A stretch of DNA of 63,505 nt, filler included, from Hausera hauseri (taxonomy: Eukaryota), in NCBI GenBank assembly GCA_046269625.1. It is 12 parts of 12 records of this genome, joined end to end, with 100 filler letters (N's around TTAATTAATTAA, not from the genome) between each part and the next. Parts side by side here need not be neighbours in the genome. Positions count along the whole stretch, not along the records: positions 51,752 to 57,647 come from JBJURY010172195.1; positions 57,748 to 63,505 come from JBJURY010193527.1; 10 more parts are not named here. The stretch is one strand, 5' to 3'. Numbering within the stretch: position 1 is the first letter of the stretch; every line of letters starts with the position of its first letter. Positions 54,450-63,505 of the stretch are shown one piece after another. The notes under the pieces are model-generated. The model saw nothing but the letters and a program-made list of their open reading frames with translations. It had not been told where the DNA came from and searched no databases. A program made the position numbers and the translations under genes.

Positions 54450-54656
54450 ATGATCAGTCCAGCAATAATTCTACTATTCGTTTCTTTCTTCATTTTTGAC
54501 TCAATTCAAGCCAATTGCATTAATGCCTGTTTTGATGGGAATAAGCGTTGTAAAGATAAATGCATTGATCTATTTTTTGATGGATTGGATGCAATTGCAG
54601 CTTGTCGTGCAAGTTGTAAGAAAGTATACAAGGATTGTCGCATAAAATGTCTATAA
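54450..54656 (+). CDS. Secreted 8-cysteine peptide (disulfide-stapled helical hairpin, toxin/antimicrobial-like)
   Basis: Signal peptide MISPAIILLFVSFFIFDSIQA; C-x3-C-x6-C-x3-C twice; intact ORF; TATATA about 50 nt upstream; AT-rich flanks. Confidence 0.8.
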   Translation: MISPAIILLFVSFFIFDSIQANCINACFDGNKRCKDKCIDLFFDGLDAIAACRASCKKVYKDCRIKCL

Positions 54657-55357
54657 TCCCAATACGAAACAGTAGTATTGGAAAAAAAGTCGATTGTTGA
54701 TCACAAATAACTGTTGTGGTTTATTAATACATTTTTATTTGTTGTGTGTTATGCGTACCTTTCTATCAGTTCAATTACATAGTTTTATAATGATACACAA
54801 TTTTTGTACTTCTCTATTTTCCTCGCAACATGAAAATTTCCATACGAACGCCATGTAGAACAGGACATAAGATTAATAATTTGAGGATATCACTGTATTG
54901 CAAAAAAGACGAAATTACCCAACAGTAACAATGACTCATTGTAAATATTCGATTTCGTGTTTAATCACGTTTCAAAGCGGAAATGCTGGTACGCATGACT
55001 TTGCGGATATTCCGAAGGTTGATGGAGGCTGGAAGTTTCTTTTGTAATGTAGAAGTTTGAGACACTTTATTATATTCTGGTCTTATATGCACTTCAATTT
55101 GAACACGACATGTTGCTTAGTGAGTTGTTCGGAATCTGCAGTTGATAAATTAGAAAAATATTCGAGAAATTGTCTTCAATAGTTTTTAATTAGTGATTTA
55201 ATCGAAAAAATGTTTTGCAATATTCATTCATTAGAGGACAGATTCCTCATCATTAAAAACCTATGAAAATGAGTTTGTCATTATTTACGAAAAACACTCA
55301 CTCGTTCATTAAATATTTTGCATCAGGTGAAAATTGTATTGACGCCAAACATAGAAA

Positions 55358-56124
55358 ATGTTGGACATTTTAATAGAAAGGTTTGAAGAAGTCAATTGTT
55401 CGGCGGTTATGGGTACTGTGCAAGTTTTGTTGTGGTATCGAGTTACTATGATCACATTAAATGTTGTGGTATATCTCATTATTTTCATAGGTCTTGTATC
55501 GAATTGTTTGGTGATGGCAGTCATCATCAAATACCTCATGAAGTCAGTGGCGTATCATTTAATGTTGTGGAATGGTGTAACTAGTAATATTCGACTTTTA
55601 GCCGACTAGTTCGATTTCCTCGTACATATTTTGTTGTCATTTGTTGAAGGGAATTCAGAATGTGTTGTGAGGTCCATGCAGTGGATATTTTATTTAATTT
55701 CAGTGGGTCCAACTCAAGTAAATTGACGATTTTTCAATAGGTTGCGATTACGAGACCATTTTAAAATGTGACACATCGAACTTCAAATATGATAGCTTGT
55801 CTACTAACTGCAATACAATTTGACATGTTTATCCAGACTCAATATTGGGCTACTGAAGGGAAATTCAGTCCAGTCGTAACAACTGTTATTGTAGTTACTG
55901 TCAGTTTGTTGATGATTAGAAAAAGTCGACAATCGAATAAGTTCAGAAAAGAAATCAAATTCGAAACATTGAACATTATTCTATCAGTTCTCCGATTTGA
56001 CTTCATTTTCTTGTTGCGTAACATCCCGAATGTTTTCTATACGACTCTCATTCTATGTGATAAGTTTATGAGGTTCGAAAGAAGTTTGGGTTTTCGCCAT
56101 CCTAAACTTATACTCCTTCCTTGA
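55358..56124 (+). pseudogene. Rhodopsin-class GPCR remnant
   Basis: TM1 IIFIGLVSNCLV (GxxxN); TM5-TM6-like LLMIRKSRQ...FLLRNIPN; internal stops. Confidence 0.55.
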
Positions 56125-56794
56125 TTCAAAATAAGCCTAGAGTCTCTCCTTCCCCTAAGGCTACAGATTTATTGTTTAATCTTAGAAGCAGCCTGTGGGT
56201 CTGCTTGGAGTTTTGTTATCCCTAGTGTGAATACTGTTCAGGAGGTACACTGACGGTTTTATCCCCTTTATTCTTATCCAAATTTGATTTTAGATGCCGG
56301 TTTCTTAACAGCGGTATGAAAGGAGGGCCCTTTTTATAAGTTTAATCAAATTTACAGTAAACTCCTTAATTAATATGATATAATCAAAAGTAACTAATTA
56401 AATAAAGATTTAATAAGTATTAAAATGAGACGATGGAAATAAAGAAAATAAAAACTTACAAACAAACTTTGACATGATTATGACTTTCAGCAATTTAGTT
56501 TTTCAACAATGTTTCTTTTTTGGTTGTTTTTATCCAAAAAGGCCACTATATATGTATATATTCCAAGATACAAAGGAATTTACAAATAATTGAAGAACAA
56601 TAAGAAAATTGACCAGATAAATAAAAATGATTGTAGTGTGTACTCAATAAAATTCCAAGATGAATTAAACAAATGAAAAATAATCATTGTAAATCGTTCT
56701 GATATAATTTCGGCTAGACTAATTTACACAGTTCTAGATCCGATGACAAATTAAGTCTCATCAATAACTTGGATCACAGTTTAGTTTATCTTGT

Positions 56795-57335
56795 TTAACG
56801 CCTCCCCTTCCAGTTGAAGCCGTCTTCGGCTTCTATAGGAATTTCATATTTTTCATTCATAAAGTCCGGGATTGTTTTGTACATTTTTAATATAACTAGA
56901 GCTTTATCTTTCGTTCTTTGGAGGTATCCAATTCTGTTATATGCCATTAAAATATTTCTAATAGTAGAATTCTGCGCAGGATTTATTCGATTGTGATAAA
57001 AAAGGTCTCTTATTCCCATAACATTTGTATACATTAGGATGTACTTAAGAGTATAATATACGTTGACACCAACAATAAATTTTCCAGCAAAATGATTCTT
57101 TATGATTGATCGTGCTTCAAAGAAATCCAATTGTCCCACAATTTCTGATTCCCTTAAGCCAGTTATGTGACTATCATAATTGTCCACTCGATCTCGGGAG
57201 CAAATTGTTCGATTTATTATTATTTCTCCTTCTAAATTCATTATGATCATTTCTATTAAGGCTATCTCTTTTTGTCTAATAGGTTGCATTAGATAGGCAG
57301 CATTCGTAGCGATAATAACTATATCTTCATTTTTA
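56795..57335 (-). CDS. DEDDh exonuclease-like (REXO4/ISG20-like) domain, catalytic residues apparently lost
   Basis: VDNYDSHITGL, DFFEARSII..GKFIVGVN, IRDL; ExoI region reads IVIIATNAA instead of DxE. Confidence 0.6.
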
Positions 57336-57747
57336 AAGGTAGAGGTTCTTATAAATGAAATGCCGGCTTCTAATTGAGGATCTGATGGAAAAGAGATTGG
57401 GTACTGTATTTTATCTGACTCAGCTTAGAAGAGGCGTTCTCATTTGATATTTTCGGTACAGATAATAGGGTGAATATTACTGTTTGATCTGACCGTTATA
57501 TCTACATTCTTAAAGAATTCTTCGTCCAGTCTTAGGGTATTTTGTGGTATGATTTCCAATTTATCCGTAATTTTATTTATATGAGCTGTACTTTTTAATT
57601 GAAAGAATCCTTTGCCACTGATATATAGATGGCCATCGTTCTTGATGNNNNNNNNNNNNNNNNNNNNNNNNNNNNNNNNNNNNNNNNNNNNTTAATTAAT
57701 TAANNNNNNNNNNNNNNNNNNNNNNNNNNNNNNNNNNNNNNNNNNNN

Positions 57748-58990
57748 TTTGAATCGAACCTATTCAAATCTTTAGTTAATCGACTGGGCATAAATCACAT
57801 ACACACAACTCCATATCATCCCCAGTCGAACGGCTTATTAGAACGTTTTCACCACACGCTCAAAATCTCATTAAAAATCCTGGCCGAAAGTCATAAGAAT
57901 TGGACAACCATCCTCACTTTTGTCTTACTCGGGTGGCACAACACGCCGTCTACCACCATTGGTTGCGCACCCGCTGAAGCACTTTTCGGTACCACCATTT
58001 GGGCACTTTTTGAACTCACCGACTTGAACAACACACCAACTAATGAAACAATCAGATCTGCACAAAATCACTTTGTTCAGCTAAGCCAGGATTCTTTGTG
58101 TAAAATAGTACATGGAGATAAAACATACTTACACGAATCACTATTTAGTGCCAAGTTCGTTTGGTTAAAAAATCCGTCATTCTCTGGTTTCCAACCAAAC
58201 TACGTAGGACCATTTAAAGTCCTTAACGTCACATCACATACAGTTACTATATTAAAAAATGATAAGGAACAAAACGTTCACATATCTAAAGTAAAACCTG
58301 CATTTTTCGTCAACGACACGCCTGAACTCTCAACTGAGTTTACACAAAAATTTCTTGATTCTTTCAATTCTTCTCCAATTCTTCCAGCACGACAACCTGC
58401 TACTCCAAAACCTGCATCAACTCAAAACATTACTCAAAACGACATACCGACTAGTTCTCAAGCTGCTGACACGTCAAATCAAAACTTAACTTCCTCTCAA
58501 CCAACTCAGCAAATAATCAAACAACACAGTAAGAAACATAAGACAGTTACTTTCAGCAAATACAGCAGAAATCAGAATGTTGACAAAATTCAACGCCTTG
58601 TCCATAGAAAGATGCAATAGCTCACAAAACGTATTCATTCCACGTTTCTGTTTCAAGCACATCAAAAATTTGCTTTTTTGAATAGTTCGCTTACACCTCA
58701 CTGATTTATTTTTCTATTTCCTCACCGGCAGTGTCATTTTATAACGGGGGATGGTGTGATGCCGCGGACTGTGGCGCCACCACGGTCCAACAATACCGAA
58801 TTCAGTTGTAACAAAATAAGAAAGCATCGCAATCTATCGTCAGTCCCAGTTGCCAATCAAATCCCAATGAAGACTATTTTCTTGGTTTTGTTGCTGACAA
58901 ATGTATCTCGTCAAAGTTATTTGTACCAGTTATTGTACCAGGACATAAGATAATGTATCATACAAAGACATTATGTGTTTCTATCGAATA
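57748..58990 (+). mobile_element. CsRn1-clade-like integrase C-terminus, PPT and 3' LTR start (copy E)
   Basis: TPYHPQSNGLLERFH, GPF-module VWLKN..PNYVGPFKV..VHISKVKPA; GGGGGATGG then TGTGATG at 58755; right boundary approximate. Confidence 0.85.
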
Positions 58991-60219
58991 CAATTTCACA
59001 ACAATTCCCATCTTAATTTCGTTTGATATTGTTTTGTTTTTTATTTCTCTACTTGTCCAAAATCATTCATGTCAATTTGTGCTATTTTGCAGTTTAGAAT
59101 CTTTCTTATTTTCAAATTTATTACTAAAGCATTTTTATCAGGCGTAACGTACTGCTCGACTAAAGCCTTATAATCCCATGAAAATTATTTATTTTTAGAA
59201 ATAATAATTGAATTTAATGAGTTTCAGATAATACCAACAAAATTATACACAAAGACGAACACCTTGTTGTTGCACCGAATTATTTCCGGGACTGGAATAT
59301 CAGCCTGCACATTTTTCAAAAATTATTCCTGGAACAAATGGAACGCTGTGAAACCCTCACAAATAATGCTGACGATCAATGATGTAATTCATGTTGTTGT
59401 GTCTTGGTTGATCTTTAATGTTATTCAAAATGACTCGATAACATCATGGTTTACTCCTGGTAACATCGTATACAGTTATCCCTGACCCACAGCAACGATA
59501 CAAGTACAAAATATACCATATTTGACATTTGTGGCATTTTAATCGTGATATGATTATGTCAAGTGACAGTACATTATGCAATGTAGATCAAGGATTTTTT
59601 TGGCACATTCCACACTGGAATTATGACCTGAAGAGTTTCAAAAACTAAAGTATGAAAACGCAGAGTTAAAAGAACAAAATGACAGGATCAAACAAGATTT
59701 GGACAGTAAGGGAGAACAATAGAAGAACCAAAATATGGTGTTACAAAAAGAACTTGACACAAATCTAAAAAAGTTATCGACGTTGACCATTCTGTAGAAA
59801 ACCGGAGTCGCGACCGAATTCGCTACACCACAATTGTTCTCCAAACAATCATTTGTATATGCTTACTGTACCACTAAATGATATGAGATTTATTTCGACA
59901 CTAAAAGGACAAAGTTTTGGAAAATATGCGAAAAAAGTTGGCTGTTTACTTGAAATCAAATTCATAGTTCCTGTTACTTTTACTTCCTTTTTGTGTTTGC
60001 CTTACATGATTAGTGAATTATAAATTTTATAAATATTTTTACAAGCTATTGTTCTAGAATCATTTTTGAGTGTCGTATTGTTTTTGTTGTATCTATGCAT
60101 TGACAATGTTGAGTCTACAATACTAACTATTGACTTTACGTAATAAATTAAATAGAGAATTTTGAGTTTTAAAATATAAACGTAGATTTGGAGTTACTGC
60201 ATTGTTTTTCATATTAGAT

Positions 60220-63200
60220 TTATCCTATGGTGAATTCTTTTGGATTATATAAAAAATAACACGTGCCAAGTCGCGATACTGGAGCTCGTACATTCGCAAC
60301 TTGCTTAGGTCCAATATCACTTGTCCCATGTAGTTTGGTCGGTCCAGTACGACTTCTTCCCGGTTTAGAAGCCGGTGACCAATCCGTCGGCAATGTGCAT
60401 TGACCGCCTGAACTGAGCATTTCTGGTGTACGTAAGCAGTCGTTTTTCGTTGTTGCACAGACGCACATTGAGCCTCTTCTTCAGATTTTCCACTGCTTTC
60501 TGGTAGAGTGAATTGTTTTTGAGCTTGTAATAGTCCTTTTCGAACTTTGTACAAGCTGCAGCTCTTTTCCCGGAATTTTCATCAATGTACGCCTTAAATA
60601 TCGGCGCCTGATTGAAGTGGATTGCCCGATGCAGCTGTGTGACACGTACACCGAGTTGCATGTAAAACTGCAGCAGACGCCAATAAACCAAACCAATCAA
60701 TGTGATAGTACTCATGAGCAGTTTCTGTACTTTTGAGCCGCCGGGTGGACATTGGCTAATTGGTGCGACCGGCAGTTCATCCAGAAAGTCATGTAGCTCA
60801 TCCGGTACCACGAGATCAACTTCCATTATGTAGCCGCCTGAGGTGCTTTCTGTCGTGTTTGCTGCTTCTGCTGGCAGACTGTCCAGCAATTTATCCAGTT
60901 CTTGTTTGTCAATTATCCATTCAAATGAACCGTACGGCAAGGGTTGCGAAAGCGCACAGTCGTAGAGGTCATTAATATTGATGTACAACATTGACGTTGT
61001 ATCATCGTCATCACTGGTTACGTGATGTTTGTTGAAAAATGTTATTCAGCGACAAATTCCAACGTCAAACTGCCGATACATTTCCGGGTCTTGTAGCAGC
61101 TCAATGTCCCGATCAAGTGACATTAGTGCCGATGCCCAACTCATTCCCGGTATTGAGTAAACGTTGCGCGGTTTCAACCTATCTTCCTCCAACACTTTAG
61201 CCCAAAATGTCTAAAACATATCAGCTAATGGGTACACATCGAGCTTTAGATACTGAAGCATGTAGTCCAACATGTTTCTACAGCCGAGCTCTGTCTAAGA
61301 TTCCTGTGTTCTGTGATATTCATCTTCTGTGATACCTGTCCATCGCGGCGGTAATTTCTCTGTTGTCCGGAGTCGCTTATATGACACGGCAAAGTCATAT
61401 GGGAATATGCCTTTGATGCGTGCAATATGTGTGGGGAACTGCGTCAGTGTTAGCGGAACATCCGGCAAGGCATTTATGAGCTTTGCTAGAGACTCATTGA
61501 GGAACTGCAACCGTATTTGAAACCGGTTTACGCGTGCCGATAGAGACAGGTACTTCTCCATCGTTATTGGGATTATGGATATTTCCCAGTGCGGAAATCC
61601 GTTTATGGCCCATTTCAAAATATGGTGACAGTCATAACCTCGAAAGTTATGAAATATCACCAGCAGGAATTGCCGATCCCGTCTTGCCAAATTGCATGCA
61701 TTGCATTCTGCTCCCAGGTATCAACCGTTAAAATGGCCGTGATTTGGTACGAGCCATTCCGGTAATATTTTGTGGCACAAGTAACATTCATCGGTGGCTG
61801 CAAACGTCAGGCGTTCATCTTCATCTGTCCAAATTAGGGGTTTTGTGCTGTTATTGCGATACCACGGTGCGATTTCCGTTTCTACTGTCGTTTCCAAACG
61901 CTGCAGGAAATCACGCACACGAGTTCAGCTGTGAAAGGCATAATACTTCGGCTGACCGACCGCTTGTATTGGGACAATCAGCATACCAACTGCGATTGAA
62001 ACGTGTTTTTGATCATACACGTTGTGCCGTGGTAGAATTGCCTCAATATCAGCATATACCACATATGCTGGACTGTCTGTTTTTGACCAATCTGTGAACA
62101 TGAGTTCCTTTTTGACGGTCATGTCATACATTATGGTTCCCGATGAATTTTGTCTGCACAGAGTCTCATGATTCTCCCATGATGTTTCCGACCTGAATCC
62201 ATGAAGACATACAGGACACCATTTGCACTGTATACACTTTTGGACAAACTGATGGTGATCCATGTTAAGTATTCTGTCAAAGTTGGTTACTGCCACGTAG
62301 TGAAATTTATCTGCTTGCTCCAGTAGCAACAGATTTACTACTGCGTGACCATTTGGGTTCCGACTTCGATAGAGTATATCTACATGAGGGTTTTATAAAT
62401 TTCTTCATCCGCCGGTATTTCTACGACTGTGTTGTACCGGAACACGTTGATTGTCATGGTCGGATTACATAGTTCAAAAGCCCGAATGGATTTCAGTTTT
62501 ATCTGCATCCAGCTTTCATCGAAATCCAATTCGGAAAAATATTTTTGATACTGTTTTGGACGAGATGCACTATGTCTGTCCACTTCGCCGTATTTCAATA
62601 CCGCCTGAATACTGTAAAGAAAACAGTATTCATCGTTGGTATTTTTTACATTCATTACCACCACAGACTGCTTCAGAGCTGAGGTTTTGGTATGAATGAT
62701 CGTCCAGACAAATATATCATATCACTCGACTTTGCTATGATAAAGCCGAGAGTGACAAAGCGTATAAATCGCCATCTACTACACTTTTCGGTGTAGTTGG
62801 CGATTTTCTCCTCGATCTTTTCGCCTACGTCGGCAATAAAATCTTCAGAATACGGTATGGCTCAATGTGACAGGTACCACTGTTTCCTGTCACCTTCCAA
62901 ATTTTCAAATTCTGCAAGTGCATAATATTGCACTTTGCAGTGGTGTTGTTGGAATTTGGTCACTTCTATTTCCAACCGGTTACGCACATGAGCGGATACA
63001 TCCTTTAATTTCGTGGCTGTTTTTGCCGTCATGTCTACTTTCATGTCCACGTACGATCTGTTCAGGTCGTACTTGACTGTAATGTTGGGAATATTGGTCT
63101 CCTGTTCTTCTTGTTGATGCTGTTCCTCCTCCTCCTGCTGTTGCTGTTGCTGTTGCTGAGTACTGTTTCTGATTAAGTCGTCAAGACTTGTTGAGGCCTG

Positions 63201-63505
63201 ACGTTTCCTATTAGTTGATTTTGTTGTTGTTGTCGTTGTTGAGGGGATGATGCTGCTGCTGTTGCCGCTGTTGTTGTCTATAAATAAATGTTTATTCGAT
63301 CACTTAAACTGGTTTAAGTGGTCCTTGTGCAAATTATAGAACTGTTCATAGTTGATTTGATTATCATCAACTATAGAACAACAATTGGGACAAACATAGG
63401 CCCGTTTACTGTGCAGCGTTGTGGTGATGCCATAGTACTGCTCCATTGCAGTATGGCAACCATCAACGTTATGCACTCTACTAGTACAGTAGTGTGGATA
63501 TGTGG
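60220..63505 (-). mobile_element. Second, divergent Polinton pPolB pseudogene
   Basis: NVKNTNDEYCFLYSI, HYVAVTNF, YADIEAIL, VIFHNFRGYDCHHI, KGIFPYD, YININDLY, KLKNNSLY; 3' end lost before motif C. Confidence 0.9.

Overview
AT-rich eukaryotic DNA, probably an invertebrate and possibly a flatworm-like lophotrochozoan (47-53 bp GT-AG introns; GPx resembling schistosome GPx from recall). Twelve short contigs are joined by an artificial 100-bp N44-TTAATTAATTAA-N44 linker, so adjacency across gaps is uninformative. Most of the window is decayed mobile DNA: five CsRn1-clade-like Ty3/Gypsy pieces, three other Gypsy fragments, two mariner and one Tc1 remnant, and much of a Polinton/Maverick toolkit (two pPolBs, MCP, two tandem minor capsid genes, protease, integrase, PM-like protein, a probable terminus). 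Host-type sequences include an intact Ly6/uPAR gene, a 5'-less glutathione peroxidase with a SECIS, a VPS13D-like fragment, a GPCR remnant, a DEDD exonuclease-like ORF and a secreted 8-Cys peptide. The most unusual signal is an intronless frame at about 7815-8537 (-) in which a Sin3 HDAC-interaction segment sits in-frame inside the CBP/p300 HAT-ZZ-TAZ2 region. All family calls rest on recalled motifs, not database searches.
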